A stretch of 64,000 nt of DNA from Alphaproteobacteria bacterium (GCA_009783145.1 WRHR01000004.1:3691-67690), one strand, 5' to 3'; counted from the stretch's first letter, positions 8,718 to 19,246 are shown. Numbers and translations are program-made. Notes: generated by a model not told the origin, from the letters alone.

Positions 8718-11039
8718 TTACTTCTTCTTTGCCCAAGATTTCTTTGCGCTGGGCTTTTTATTGTTAATCAAGTCTGCTGCCTCGGATAGCGAAGGTTGTT
8801 CCTTAACGGAAACATTGATTTTGTTCGATGAGATATATGCGCCGTATCTGCCTGTCGGATAAAAGTAAATCATCTTATCCGTCGTGGGATTTTTGCCGAG
8901 TTCAATCGGTTCGGCTTTCTGCCCGGCGCCGCTTAACAGCTCTTTCGCGATTTCCAGACTAATCGTTTCCGCGGTATATTTTTTAGCGCTGGCGCGCTTG
9001 GCGTCCTTGCCCGCGCCTTGCTGCACGTACGGTCCGAACCGACCGACCATGAATTTTATATCTTCGCCTAACTCACGAGACGCGAAACGCGAGACGCGAG
9101 ACGCGTCATTATCCCCTTCGCGCGTTTCGCTTTTCGCATCTCGCGTCTCGGCGACCGACAGGTCGCGAGTATATTTGCATTTAGGATAATTGCTGCATGC
9201 CAGAAAAGCGCCGTATCGCGATACTTTCAGCGACAGCGTTCCTGTCCCGCATTCCGGGCATTTGTTATTCCCTTCGGGGAACAAATGCGCCGCCAATGCC
9301 GCATTAACCGTTGTCATAACCTCTGGACTTGGCACGTCGCGAGCGGTCCCGACCAATGGCTCGAACGCGCCCCAGAAAGCATTCAATGCCGGCAGTTTTC
9401 TTGTCGCTCCATTTGACACATCGTCCAAAGTATCTTCTGTCTTGGCCGTGAAATTCACATCCACTATATCTGTAAAGTACTTGGTTAAAAACGCCGTAAG
9501 CAGCCAGCCGGCTGGGGTCGGGAAAAACCGCTGCTTTTCGTTTTTCACATATTCGCGGTCGACGATAGTGCTCATTATCGAAGAATAAGTGGACGGTCGC
9601 CCCACTCCCAGCTCTTCCAGTTTTTTAATCAAGGACGCTTCGGAATAGCGCGGCGGAGGTTGGGTAAAATGCTGCTCTGGCAACAGTTTCACTATATCAA
9701 TCTTATCACCGACAGCCAATGGCGGAAGCATGGATTCCTTGTCATCGTCGTCCGCATCGTCCTTGCCTTCGGCATAAACTTTCAGGAATCCATCGAAAGT
9801 GCGCGTGGTGCCGACGGCATGAAAGATTGCTGTTTCGGCTTGCCCGTTTGGGCCTTGGCGAAGGCGGGTCTCGACATCCACGACAACCGAGTCAAACTCC
9901 GCATTGGTCATCTGGCATGCGACCGCGCGCTTCCAGATAAGCTCGTAAAGTTTTTCTTCGTCTCCACCGGCCCCGACCCCGACCCCGACATCCGTGGGGC
10001 GTATAGCTTCGTGCGCCTCCTGAGCATTTTTGGATTTGGTCGCGTATATGTTGGGCGAGTTCGGCAGAAATTTATCGCCGTATTCTTTTCCTATATAATC
10101 GCGGATTGATGCCACCGCATCCATCGATAGATTTGTAGAGTCGGTGCGGATATAAGTGATAAGCCCGGCTTCATAGAGCTTCTGCGCGGCCGAGCTGGTG
10201 CGCTTTGCGGAAAAGTAAAGTTTCCGCGCGGCTTCCTGTTGAAGCGTGCTGGTGGTAAACGGCGCCGCCGGCTTGCGCGAAGTTTTCTTCTTTTCCAAAC
10301 TTATGACTTCTGCCTTTATCACCGGTTCGCCCAAGCGGTTCAGAATCGCGTCCATTTCGGCCTGTTTCCCAACAGACATCTTTTCAATCTTTTCGCCATT
10401 GAATTGCGTCAGCCGCGCTATGAAATTGCCCGCATTCGGCTTTTCGCATTCGGCATCCAGCGACCAGTACTCGATAGGTTTGAACGCTTCTATTTCACGC
10501 TCGCGATCCACGACCAATGCTACGGCGACAGACTGCACGCGTCCAGCCGATCGGCCCATATTTTTCCGCCACAACACCGGCGACAGCTTGAACCCTATAA
10601 GGTAGTCCAGCGCGCGCCGAACCAGATACGCGTCAACCAAGTTCTGGTCGATTTCGCGCGGGTTTGCGATTGCCTCGAGAACTGCTTTCTTGGTTATTTC
10701 GTTGAAAGTCGCGCGGTAAAGCTGCTTTCCTTTCAAGGCCCCGCGCGAGTTCAAGATATCCAGCAGGTGCCAGGAAATCGCCTCTCCCTCGCGGTCTTGG
10801 TCGGTGGCGAGATATACGGCGTCGGCTTTTTTTACTTCATCCAGAATCAGCTTTATCTGTTTTTCCTTGCCCGGCATAATCTGCCACTTCATCGCGAAAT
10901 CATTCGCCGTATCGACGCTTCCGTCTTCGGGCACCAGGTCGCGAACATGTCCGACGGACGCCACTACGCGGTATTCTTTGCCCAGATATTTTTCAATAGT
11001 CTTTGCTTTTGCGGGAGATTCTACGATTAAAAGATTCAT
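8718..11039 (-). CDS. topA: DNA topoisomerase I
   Basis: LIVESPAKAK, ATDQDREGE, SAGRVQS, GLITYIRTD, zinc ribbon. Confidence 0.98.
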   Translation of the reverse strand: MNLLIVESPAKAKTIEKYLGKEYRVVASVGHVRDLVPEDGSVDTANDFAMKWQIMPGKEKQIKLILDEVKKADAVYLATDQDREGEAISWHLLDILNSRGALKGKQLYRATFNEITKKAVLEAIANPREIDQNLVDAYLVRRALDYLIGFKLSPVLWRKNMGRSAGRVQSVAVALVVDREREIEAFKPIEYWSLDAECEKPNAGNFIARLTQFNGEKIEKMSVGKQAEMDAILNRLGEPVIKAEVISLEKKKTSRKPAAPFTTSTLQQEAARKLYFSAKRTSSAAQKLYEAGLITYIRTDSTNLSMDAVASIRDYIGKEYGDKFLPNSPNIYATKSKNAQEAHEAIRPTDVGVGVGAGGDEEKLYELIWKRAVACQMTNAEFDSVVVDVETRLRQGPNGQAETAIFHAVGTTRTFDGFLKVYAEGKDDADDDDKESMLPPLAVGDKIDIVKLLPEQHFTQPPPRYSEASLIKKLEELGVGRPSTYSSIMSTIVDREYVKNEKQRFFPTPAGWLLTAFLTKYFTDIVDVNFTAKTEDTLDDVSNGATRKLPALNAFWGAFEPLVGTARDVPSPEVMTTVNAALAAHLFPEGNNKCPECGTGTLSLKVSRYGAFLACSNYPKCKYTRDLSVAETRDAKSETREGDNDASRVSRFASRELGEDIKFMVGRFGPYVQQGAGKDAKRASAKKYTAETISLEIAKELLSGAGQKAEPIELGKNPTTDKMIYFYPTGRYGAYISSNKINVSVKEQPSLSEAADLINNKKPSAKKSWAKKK
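9076..9150. repeat. In-frame inverted heptamer pair (CGAGACG)x4 / (CGTYTCG)x4 in topA
   Basis: 75 bp; encodes [25 protein letters not shown]. Confidence 0.9.
9839..9868. repeat. REP-like family A, in frame in topA
   Basis: cttgcccgtttgggccttggcgaaggcggg; encodes TRLRQGPNGQ. Confidence 0.85.
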
Positions 11040-12230
11040 TTAAATTCCTTTGGCGGATAACTGCTGGTCTTTGTTTATATGCGCGTTCTGGGTCAGGCCA
11101 AAACCGAACATCAGCGACAGCAGCGACGAGCCGCCGAAGCTCATCAGCGGCAGCGGCACCCCAACCGTCGGCATCAGTCCCAAAACCATGGCGATATTTA
11201 TAAAGTAATAAACGAAAAAGTTCAACATAAATCCAAAGCATAGTAATTGCCCGAATCTATTCCTGGATTTTTTCGCGAACCAAAACAACATTCCGATTAT
11301 CGCCGAATAAATCAAAATCAGCGCGAATCCGCCAACAAACCCCAATTCTTCCCCGAACATAGCAAAAATGAAATCGGTCTGCTTTTCCGGCAGGAACGAC
11401 AAGTGCGATTGCGTGCCGTTTAAAAATCCCTTGCCGATTATGCCGCCCGAGCCGAACGCGATCTTCGATTGGTTTATCTGATAGCCGGCGCCGCTTGGAT
11501 CGTTGTCCGGGTTTACAAAGGTTATGATGCGGCTCCTCTGATAATCGTGCATCCCGCCGTACCATGCGATTGGCGCCGCAATCGCCGCCAGAATCACGGC
11601 GATTATAAACCATTTCTTGTTCGCGCCCACAATCCAAAATACTCCGATTGTAATCAAGCCAAGCGACACCGCCGTGCCCAAATCGGGCTGCGCCACGATC
11701 AAAGCGAACGGGACGACCATCATCGCGATCGGCAGCAGGTAATTTTTAAACTTGGATAGCTCTACCGAATTCTGCCAAGCGAAGTATCGCGCCAGGGCCA
11801 TGACCAATGCTATCTTGATGAACTCGGACGGTTGAATATGAAAAACTCCCAGATTCAGCCATCTCTGCGCGCCCATTCCGGTATGTCCGACGAACGTCAC
11901 CAGAACCACCAGCCCCAGCGCCAGGAAATAAATCAAGTACGAGTTTTTCAGCCAAGTTTTTATATTCGCGAATGCAGCGACAAAAAACACGACCATGCCC
12001 AAAGCAATTTTCCCCATCTGGGAAACCGCGTACGGGCGCCAGCCGCCAAAGCTGCCCCCCTTCGCCAAGGCTTCGGGGGACAGGCCGCCTGGCTTTCCGG
12101 CCGAATACAGCGAAATCAGCGACAGAATCAGAACCAGACACATCAGCGCGAACAAGGTCCAATTGAAATGGCGCAGCTTTTGCGCAAAGCCGATATTTTC
12201 CGCCCGTGAAATTCGCGTCTGTCTAGGCAT
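11040..12230 (-). CDS. rodA: Rod shape-determining protein RodA
   Basis: GAQRWL, QPSEFIK, QPDLGT, LPEKQTDFIF; follows mrdA. Confidence 0.95.
   Translation of the reverse strand: MPRQTRISRAENIGFAQKLRHFNWTLFALMCLVLILSLISLYSAGKPGGLSPEALAKGGSFGGWRPYAVSQMGKIALGMVVFFVAAFANIKTWLKNSYLIYFLALGLVVLVTFVGHTGMGAQRWLNLGVFHIQPSEFIKIALVMALARYFAWQNSVELSKFKNYLLPIAMMVVPFALIVAQPDLGTAVSLGLITIGVFWIVGANKKWFIIAVILAAIAAPIAWYGGMHDYQRSRIITFVNPDNDPSGAGYQINQSKIAFGSGGIIGKGFLNGTQSHLSFLPEKQTDFIFAMFGEELGFVGGFALILIYSAIIGMLFWFAKKSRNRFGQLLCFGFMLNFFVYYFINIAMVLGLMPTVGVPLPLMSFGGSSLLSLMFGFGLTQNAHINKDQQLSAKGI
12055..12084. repeat. REP-like family A, in frame in rodA
   Basis: cccccttcgccaaggcttcgggggacagg; encodes GLSPEALAKGG. Confidence 0.8.
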
Positions 12231-12237
12231 ATTTATC

Positions 12238-14073
12238 CTAATTCTTTAAAATCTCTTTCATAGTTTCCGCTGCTGCGCGCGCCGCCGGGCCGCTGCTTCC
12301 GGAATGCTCCGTAATGATCGCGATGGAGTATTTCGGATTATCGATCGGGGCAAGTCCCACGAAAAGCCCGTGGTTGCGCTGTTCCCATATCAGCTGCTCG
12401 TTAGTCTTGACCCCGCTTTGGCGCTCTTCCATGCTGATTCTGCGCACCTGGCTGGTTCCGGTCTTTCCGCCCATGCGCGCGCCCTTTACATTAATCGCCG
12501 CGCCGTATGCGGTTCCTCCTTCCTGCGTTACTTTCGCCAGACCGTTCATTACTAATTTGATATTTTCCGGATTCAGTCCAAGCGGTTCAAATCCATTTTC
12601 CATTTGCGACCCACCCACAAAAATCTCCGATTTTTGCGGGGCCCGGGATTTTCCATTTGCCATTACTAATCTCGGCACAACCGCCCTATTGGTCGCGGCC
12701 CTCGCGCCCATCACCGCAAGCTGCAGGCAGTTCGTCAGAATATACCCCTGCCCGATGCCGGAGATTATCGTATCGCCGTGCATCCAGGACCCGCGTATAT
12801 TGCGCTGCTTCCATTCGCGGTCCGGTATTACTCCGGGCATCTCCCGGGGCAGCAAGTCAAGCAGCTTTTGCCCCAGACCCAGCTTTTCTGCCATGGACTT
12901 AATCGGGTTAATCCCGATTCGCAGCGCGATTTGATAGAAATAAATATCGCAGCTTTTCTGCAATGCGGACTCCATGTTCATCCAGCCATGCCCGTGCTTT
13001 TCCCAGCAGTGGTAAAGATGCTTGCCGTATTCCCAACTGCCTTCGCAATAGATTCTTTCGTTTGGCGTGACCGCGCCGGATTCCAGCGCCGCCAGCGCCA
13101 CGACGATTTTGAAGGTGGATCCCGGCGGATACAGGCCTTCTATCGCTTTATTCATAAATGGCTTCAGCTTGTTCCGGCGCAGCTCGTCCATATATTCCGT
13201 CCCGCCCAAAGTCCTGAACAAATTCGGGTCGAACGTCGGCGCGGACGCAAGTCCGATAATATTCCCGGTACGGGCATCCAGCGCCACGCCGCATCCCGAG
13301 CCGTGCACAGCCAGCGCGTCTTCCATTTTCTTTTGAACGTTTTCGCGCAAAGTGGTCTGCAGGTTGTGGCCCGGGGTGGCCGAAATTCTGTTTTCGACGT
13401 CGCCACCAATTATGCGCCCCATCGCGTCGGTTTGGGTGATTATACGGCCCGGCGTGCCGGAAAGCTGCGCGTCGAAAACTTTTTCCAATCCCGCCTGCCC
13501 CACCATCAGGAACGGCGAATTAGCGGCGACGCGCTGGTTCGTGCGCGATTCTTCCAATGTTCCCACATAGCCCACGGCATGCGCCGCCAGCGCGGTTCCC
13601 GGATATTTGCGCAGCAAGCCCGGCTCCAGATACAGTCCCGGCATATCCAAAGATTTCAGCGCCGCCAACTGGCTCCATTTTATATTCTCGGCGATAATCG
13701 TCGGTTGGAATTTGCGCTGGCGCTCAAGGCGCGCGCGGATTCGCGCCAAGTCCTTTGCGCCCAGTTTCAATTCCTTTTCTACCGCAGCCAATACGGCGTC
13801 CAAGTCGTCGCATTCGTCCGGAACTACGAACGCGCGATATACGGCTTCGTCCTTTGCAAGCGTAGAGCCGTCCGCGGCCAGTATTTTTCCGCGTTCGGGC
13901 GGCTCTATGATAATGCGCGCGGAGTTGTTTTGGGACAGGCGCTTGTACTTCTTATGCTCGAATAACTGCAACTGCAACATGCGCAGGATAAGCGCACCCG
14001 TCAGAAGCGCGCCGCCCGTCAGGAACAAAGCGCTGCGTCTGTCGAAAGTAGCGGCTATTTCCTTGTCCAGCAT
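12238..14073 (-). CDS. mrdA: Penicillin-binding protein 2
   Basis: YPPGSTFK, SCD, GKTGTSQ. Confidence 0.95.
   Translation of the reverse strand: MLDKEIAATFDRRSALFLTGGALLTGALILRMLQLQLFEHKKYKRLSQNNSARIIIEPPERGKILAADGSTLAKDEAVYRAFVVPDECDDLDAVLAAVEKELKLGAKDLARIRARLERQRKFQPTIIAENIKWSQLAALKSLDMPGLYLEPGLLRKYPGTALAAHAVGYVGTLEESRTNQRVAANSPFLMVGQAGLEKVFDAQLSGTPGRIITQTDAMGRIIGGDVENRISATPGHNLQTTLRENVQKKMEDALAVHGSGCGVALDARTGNIIGLASAPTFDPNLFRTLGGTEYMDELRRNKLKPFMNKAIEGLYPPGSTFKIVVALAALESGAVTPNERIYCEGSWEYGKHLYHCWEKHGHGWMNMESALQKSCDIYFYQIALRIGINPIKSMAEKLGLGQKLLDLLPREMPGVIPDREWKQRNIRGSWMHGDTIISGIGQGYILTNCLQLAVMGARAATNRAVVPRLVMANGKSRAPQKSEIFVGGSQMENGFEPLGLNPENIKLVMNGLAKVTQEGGTAYGAAINVKGARMGGKTGTSQVRRISMEERQSGVKTNEQLIWEQRNHGLFVGLAPIDNPKYSIAIITEHSGSSGPAARAAAETMKEILKN
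12593..12666. repeat. In-frame CCATTTK heptamer array interrupted by a 38-bp family B palindrome (12610-12647) in mrdA
   Basis: ccatttt ccatttg cga[cccacccacaaaaatc tcc gatttttgcggggcccggg]atttt ccatttg ccattac. Confidence 0.75.
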
Positions 14074-14522
14074 GTTATTTTCTCAAAAAGGTATGTTATC
14101 GGCATATATGCGGCCGCAGTCAGCGCGAACATCCGCACAGTGGTCCACAGCGGCAGTAATGACATTGTTTCAAAGACGGACCATAAGCCCAGGATTAATA
14201 ATCCCGCGCCCGCAAAAGCCATGAACAGATAAATTCCGCGCATGCGCTGCGTCGCCGGGTTTATGTAGTTTTGCAAGTCCAGCGCCGCATAAAATAGGCA
14301 GAATAACGCGGTCCAGAAAAGCATGATGTCAAAGTTGCGGTCCAGCAGAAAGCAACCTATAAGGGCCATCGGCAGAAATCCGCCGCGCGCACGGATGATT
14401 CCGTAATAAAAAATCGGTACAAGCGCCAAAATCCCATTCGGGTTTAAGGTTTGCGCAGCCAAGCGCCACAAAAACAATGTGGCGAAAAAAGGCAGCAGAA
14501 TATCTATATATTTTTTTATCAT
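14055..14522 (-). CDS. mreD: Probable MreD
   Basis: Hydrophobic 155 aa protein between mreC and mrdA. Confidence 0.65.
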   Translation of the reverse strand: MIKKYIDILLPFFATLFLWRLAAQTLNPNGILALVPIFYYGIIRARGGFLPMALIGCFLLDRNFDIMLFWTALFCLFYAALDLQNYINPATQRMRGIYLFMAFAGAGLLILGLWSVFETMSLLPLWTTVRMFALTAAAYMPITYLFEKITCWTRK

Positions 14523-14526
14523 TTAA

Positions 14527-15342
14527 TTATTTATATATCAGAACCACGGCGTCGGACATTGTTTTCGCGCCCGCCTCTACGGTCGCGGACTTGCCACTCG
14601 ACGCATCCTTTATCCGCCCTATGGGAATCCCGTCGGGCAGATTTCCCCCGACGCTGCTGGTCAGCAGCATTATGCCGTTTGTCGGCGAGAATTCTTGATC
14701 GCTGAACATCTCGAATACCGGGTCGGCATTTCCGCGGCCGCGCAGAAAGCCCAGAACATCGGACCCGGCGACGCGGACGGGAGTATTGGCGCCGACGTCC
14801 GTGACGCCGCGGACATGCGCGTATTCGACGCCGGTCTGTGTAACGACGCCCGCAAGATATCCGTTTTTAGAAATAACCGCCTGGCCCGTTGCCACTGCGG
14901 AATTTTCGCCCTTGTCCAAGATAAAGGTATGGCTGGAAAACGCGGAATTTTCAAAAACTATGCGCGCCATGACGGACTTTTTAGGCAGCAAACGAACCAT
15001 ATCCAGCGCTTGCTCCAGCCGCTGGTTTTCGCCCAAGAGAGCCATGCATTCGGTCTGCGCCGCGATCAGTGCGTCCAGCTTCATGCGCAGCTCGGCATTT
15101 TCGCGGCGGACATTGGCGCGCTCAGAGATATTTCTGCCAAGCGTTCCCAGCGCGCGCACGGGCCATGTAATTCCGTTGCCAACTAATCTCGCCGCCGGCA
15201 CGACCACGCCCGACATCGCGTTCATGATTTTATAATCCGGCTTGTCCAGCAGAATATACAGGAAAAACACGGGCAAGAGCATCGCGGCAATGCCCGCTCT
15301 GACCGCTTTTGCAACTTTTAAAGAAGCCGTTTTCGCATCCAT
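14527..15342 (-). CDS. mreC: Rod shape-determining protein MreC
   Basis: TM segment, coiled coil ENAELR, LDKG, TSSVGG.LPDGIPIG. Confidence 0.9.
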   Translation of the reverse strand: MDAKTASLKVAKAVRAGIAAMLLPVFFLYILLDKPDYKIMNAMSGVVVPAARLVGNGITWPVRALGTLGRNISERANVRRENAELRMKLDALIAAQTECMALLGENQRLEQALDMVRLLPKKSVMARIVFENSAFSSHTFILDKGENSAVATGQAVISKNGYLAGVVTQTGVEYAHVRGVTDVGANTPVRVAGSDVLGFLRGRGNADPVFEMFSDQEFSPTNGIMLLTSSVGGNLPDGIPIGRIKDASSGKSATVEAGAKTMSDAVVLIYK

Positions 15343-15469
15343 CGCGCCGAGTTTAGCACGCAAAATCCGATTTTCTACAAATTTCTTGCTTTTTCGTATT
15401 TTTCTGCCAAAATGATGGCACCATTACGGCGAAAGGCATGCCAAAATGGAACTAAACAGGAGACTGAAA

Positions 15470-15673
15470 ATGCCAAAAATGAAAACCAAATCGTACCTTA
15501 AAAAGCGTGCGAGTATGACCGCGACCGGCAAAGTCCGCGTTGCCAGAAACAGCCACAAGAAACTGCTGCGCAAGAAATCCGCCCGGGCCAACAACCAGGG
15601 TACTAAAGCGCAATATCTGAACGATAACATGGTGCCTCAGGCGAAAATCCTGGCGCCGTACGGCTTGAAGTAA
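15470..15673 (+). CDS. rpmI: 50S ribosomal protein L35
   Basis: MPKMKTKS..KKR..TATGKV; AGGAG RBS. Confidence 0.95.
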   Translation: MPKMKTKSYLKKRASMTATGKVRVARNSHKKLLRKKSARANNQGTKAQYLNDNMVPQAKILAPYGLK

Positions 15674-15685
15674 AAGGGGGCTGAC

Positions 15686-16054
15686 ATGGCAAGAGTAAAA
15701 CGCGGGACAACCGTTAAGCAAAAACACAATAAAATTCTGGCGCGCGCCAAGGGTTACCTTGGGCGGCATAGCACCACTTACCGCGCAGCGCGCGAAAAGA
15801 CCGAGAAAGCGGGCCAATACGCCTATCGCGACCGCAAGGCGCGCAAGCGCGATTTCCGGTCCTTGTGGATAATCCGCATCAATGCTGCGGTGCGTCCCTT
15901 GGGACTGACTTATTCCAAGTTCATGAACGGTTTGAAAAAAGCCGGGATAGATATGGATCGCAAAGTCCTGGCGGAAATGGCATATGCCGGCGACGCAGGC
16001 TTTGAAAAGCTGGTGGAACAAGCGAAACGATTTATTCCAACGGATAAAAAATAA
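15686..16054 (+). CDS. rplT: 50S ribosomal protein L20
   Basis: [31 protein letters not shown]. Confidence 0.98.
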   Translation: MARVKRGTTVKQKHNKILARAKGYLGRHSTTYRAAREKTEKAGQYAYRDRKARKRDFRSLWIIRINAAVRPLGLTYSKFMNGLKKAGIDMDRKVLAEMAYAGDAGFEKLVEQAKRFIPTDKK

Positions 16055-16085
16055 TTCGGTGGAGTTCTTTTGCGCATTATGCAAC

Positions 16086-16113
16086 AATAACCGCCGAGAG
16101 GCGGTTATTTTTT
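16086..16113 (+). terminator. Intrinsic terminator after rplT
   Basis: aataaccgcc gaga ggcggttatt followed by a T tract. Confidence 0.85.
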
Positions 16114-16180
16114 ATTTACGATTTACGAATTACGATTTATGGGGAATAAAATCGTAATTCGTAAATCTCAAATCGTAAAT
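16114..16180. repeat. Inverted heptamer pair (ATTTACG)x4 / (AAATCGT)x4 upstream of pheS
   Basis: Arms flank the loop atggggaata. Confidence 0.9.
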
Positions 16181-16189
16181 GGATTGAAA

Positions 16190-17173
16190 ATGAATGAATT
16201 ATTGCAAGAACTAAGCTCTGCTAAGACCCCGCAGGATTTGGATAATATAAAATCCAAATGGCTGGGGAAAAAGAGCGATTTAAAAGCGCAAATGGATGGA
16301 TTGCGAGATTTGCCGGCGGACGTGCGCGCCGCGAAGGGCGCGGAAATCAATAAGCTTCGCGCGGCATATGAAGAAGCGATTGAAAACGCAAAGCGCGAAA
16401 TGCAGGCGCGCGCGATTAATGAAAAGCTGGCCAATGACAACTTTGATATGACTCTGCCCGGCGGCGGCATTCGCTCCGGCGCGCTGCACCCGGTGAGCGC
16501 GATAGAGGAAAAATGCATCGCGGCCATGCGGCGCCTGGGCTTTGTTGTCGCAACCGGGCCGGAGATCGAGCTGCCCGAATACAATTTTGATTTGCTGGAT
16601 ATTCCCGAGCATCATCCCGCCCGCGATTTACAGGATACTTTCTGGGTAGAGAAAGATAAAAAGCTTTTGCGCACGCATACCACCAGTGTTCAGTCGCGGT
16701 ATATGATGTCGCTGAAGGGGGACGAATCAAAGCTGCCCGTTCGCATAGTGTCGCCTGGCCGCGTGTATCGCAACGAAGCCGTTGATGCGTCGCATCTGGC
16801 GGTCTTTCATCAGTTCGAAGGCCTTATGGTCGGACATAATATAAAGCTGTCGGAATTGAAGGGCGTAATGGAATTCATCTTGCGCGAAATTTACGGCGAA
16901 TCAGTAAAAATAAGGTTCAAGCCGAAATTTTATCCCTATACGGAACCAAGCATCGGGGCGGATATCGATGTCGGCGATGGCTGGAAGACCATTGTCGGCG
17001 CGGGAATGGTTTCGCCCCAGGTTTTGCGCAACTTCGGATTTGATCCAAAACGCGTCAGCGGGCTTGCGTTCGGGTTCGGGACATCGCGCCTAGCAGGAGA
17101 ATTCACAGGCGCAACGATGCGAGAGCTGTACGGAATGGATTTAAGAGTGTTCAAAAAATTGGCAGGAGAATAA
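16190..17173 (+). CDS. pheS: Phenylalanyl-tRNA synthetase alpha subunit (alternative start 16139)
   Basis: HPARDLQDTF, LLRTHTTSVQ, FHQFEGL, YPYTEPS. Confidence 0.95.
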   Translation: MNELLQELSSAKTPQDLDNIKSKWLGKKSDLKAQMDGLRDLPADVRAAKGAEINKLRAAYEEAIENAKREMQARAINEKLANDNFDMTLPGGGIRSGALHPVSAIEEKCIAAMRRLGFVVATGPEIELPEYNFDLLDIPEHHPARDLQDTFWVEKDKKLLRTHTTSVQSRYMMSLKGDESKLPVRIVSPGRVYRNEAVDASHLAVFHQFEGLMVGHNIKLSELKGVMEFILREIYGESVKIRFKPKFYPYTEPSIGADIDVGDGWKTIVGAGMVSPQVLRNFGFDPKRVSGLAFGFGTSRLAGEFTGATMRELYGMDLRVFKKLAGE

Positions 17174-17181
17174 TTTATTTA

Positions 17182-17298
17182 ACTGGATTGCCGCGTCGCC
17201 CTTTGGGCTCCTCGCAATGACAATAAAGAGTTTATTCGGGGCACATATCCTAAAACAAACACCGAATTGTCATTGCGAGCGTAGTGAAGCAATCCAGT
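17182..17298. repeat. REP/MITE-like palindrome between pheS and pheT
   Basis: actggattgc..ctcgcaatgacaat / attgtcattgcgag..gcaatccagt. Confidence 0.85.
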
Positions 17299-17305
17299 AA
17301 GAAAG

Positions 17306-19246
17306 GTGATTAAAATGAAGTTCAGCAAAAAAATCTTGGAAACATTCGTAAAACTTCCAAAAAATTGGCAAGATTTGATGGAAGATGTCGGCTTGGAAAT
17401 TAAATCTCTGGATGGCGATATTATGAATTTGGAGCTGCTTGCGAATCGCGGCGACCATTACTGCTATATGGGTCTTGCGCGCGAAATCCACGGCCGCGCC
17501 GCTGCGAAAATGATAGAGTTCCCGTCCATTGCGCTGGAATCGGCTCCGGCAAAAATCTTCTCTATAGATACGGACAAGTGCATTGCGTTTTCTTTTACGC
17601 CTTATGAAATCTCGCATTTAAAGCCGAACAATAAATACGACTATATGCTGGAAGCCAGTGGTGTGAATGTAATCCACCCGGCGATTGATATTACTAATGT
17701 AGTGATGCTGGAGCTGGGCCAGCCCGCGCACATCTATGACGCTGATAAAATCAAAGGCCGGGTCCATATCCGCGAGACCAAGAAAGGCGAAAAGGCCGCC
17801 CTGCTCTTTCATGAAGGCATGACGGAATTGCCCGCGGGCACTTGCGTGATTGCGGACGAAGAAAAAATCCTTTGCGTCGGCGGCGTAATCGGCTGCCATG
17901 CGGCCGAGGTCGATAAAGACACGAAAAATATTCTGTTCGAAACCGCGTTATTCGACCCGGTGGCGATTCGCAAGACTGCGAAAGCGCTGGGGCTTTCGAC
18001 AATCGCCAGCCAGCGGTTCGAGCGCGGCGGAGATATCGCGGCCGTATGTGCCGGGGCCTCGCGCGCGGCGCGCCTTTACGCCGACATCGGCGCAAAACGC
18101 AGTGGAGATTTTCAATTTGCGCGCACTGCTACGATTGAGAAACAATATATCGAGCTGTCCGGCGATTATGCGCGGAGCGAGCTTGAAATAAACATTTCTG
18201 ATGAAGAAATAAAAGAAAGATTGGCAAGGTATGGATTCAACCTCCTACCTCCTACTTCCTACCTCATACCTACCTGGCGCGTATGGGATATAAAAGGCGA
18301 GCCGGCGGATTTGATTGAAGAGCTATGCCGGTCAATTGGATATAACGCGCTGCCGTCGAAATTGCCGCCGGTGGAAATCGGCGCGGCGCCGACCGCGGCC
18401 GAGGTGCGCAAGGCAGAAATAGACTCTTATCTCGTGCATAATGGATTCTATGAAGTCTTTACGGATAATTTATATTCGCCGAAGCATGCGGCGCTGTCGC
18501 CAGTTAAAGAACACATTGCGCTGGAGAATTCCATAGAGGGCGGATATGCGTTCATGAAAAACAATCCGATCGTCCAAGCGGTCGAGCTGATAGAAAAAAA
18601 CCTGCGCGTAAAAAATCGCGAAATTCGCGCATACGAATGGGGCAAGATTTTCAAAGGCGAATATGAAATTGAAATCCTATGGGGCGTTATGAATGGCGTC
18701 GGGGCTTCTGTGCTGGACGCAAAAGGGCTGATTCAGAATCTCGCGAGCGATTTAGGCCTGGATGTTAAATTGGAATATGGCGATTTCGCGGACAGCCGCA
18801 AGGTTTCTGAATGGGAATTGCTGCATCCGAAACGGCGCGGGCGCTTGTCTTGCAATGGACGTGGAATTTGCGTATTCGGCGAGGTTCATCCCAATCTGCT
18901 GGCGGAGTTTGATATAAAAAACGACACTCCTGTATTTTTCAGCTTCGATACCAAGGCATTGCTGAACGCGCCGGCGCGTAAAATTAAATATGAATCACCA
19001 AGCGCGATAATCCCCAGCCAACGCGATATTGCGGTTGCGGTGCCTTATGGGCGCAATGCTGGCGATGTGGCGGAATTTATAAAGAAAAAATATCCGCAGG
19101 TCGCAATTGTGGAAATTACAGATGTCTATGACAAGCCGAAAGAAAGCATGCGCAATATCACATTCACTTTGACATTCGCTGGCGAGCATAGTGCGGATGA
19201 TTTGAATAAGCTTATTTTGGAGATTATGGAAAGTTATAAAGGATAA
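17306..19246 (+). CDS. pheT: Phenylalanyl-tRNA synthetase beta subunit (short form)
   Basis: ANRGD..GLARE, DITNVVMLELGQP, RFERG, DLIEE; follows pheS. Confidence 0.92.
   Translation: MIKMKFSKKILETFVKLPKNWQDLMEDVGLEIKSLDGDIMNLELLANRGDHYCYMGLAREIHGRAAAKMIEFPSIALESAPAKIFSIDTDKCIAFSFTPYEISHLKPNNKYDYMLEASGVNVIHPAIDITNVVMLELGQPAHIYDADKIKGRVHIRETKKGEKAALLFHEGMTELPAGTCVIADEEKILCVGGVIGCHAAEVDKDTKNILFETALFDPVAIRKTAKALGLSTIASQRFERGGDIAAVCAGASRAARLYADIGAKRSGDFQFARTATIEKQYIELSGDYARSELEINISDEEIKERLARYGFNLLPPTSYLIPTWRVWDIKGEPADLIEELCRSIGYNALPSKLPPVEIGAAPTAAEVRKAEIDSYLVHNGFYEVFTDNLYSPKHAALSPVKEHIALENSIEGGYAFMKNNPIVQAVELIEKNLRVKNREIRAYEWGKIFKGEYEIEILWGVMNGVGASVLDAKGLIQNLASDLGLDVKLEYGDFADSRKVSEWELLHPKRRGRLSCNGRGICVFGEVHPNLLAEFDIKNDTPVFFSFDTKALLNAPARKIKYESPSAIIPSQRDIAVAVPYGRNAGDVAEFIKKKYPQVAIVEITDVYDKPKESMRNITFTLTFAGEHSADDLNKLILEIMESYKG
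18241..18271 (+). repeat. In-frame heptamer array (CCTCCTA)x4 in pheT
   Basis: cctccta cctccta cttccta cctcata; encodes LLPPTSYLI. Confidence 0.85.

Noticed and set aside
9968..9990. (CCCCGA)x3 in topA, encoding GVGVG
   Set aside because: Short and codon-periodic, with no partner arm or second copy.
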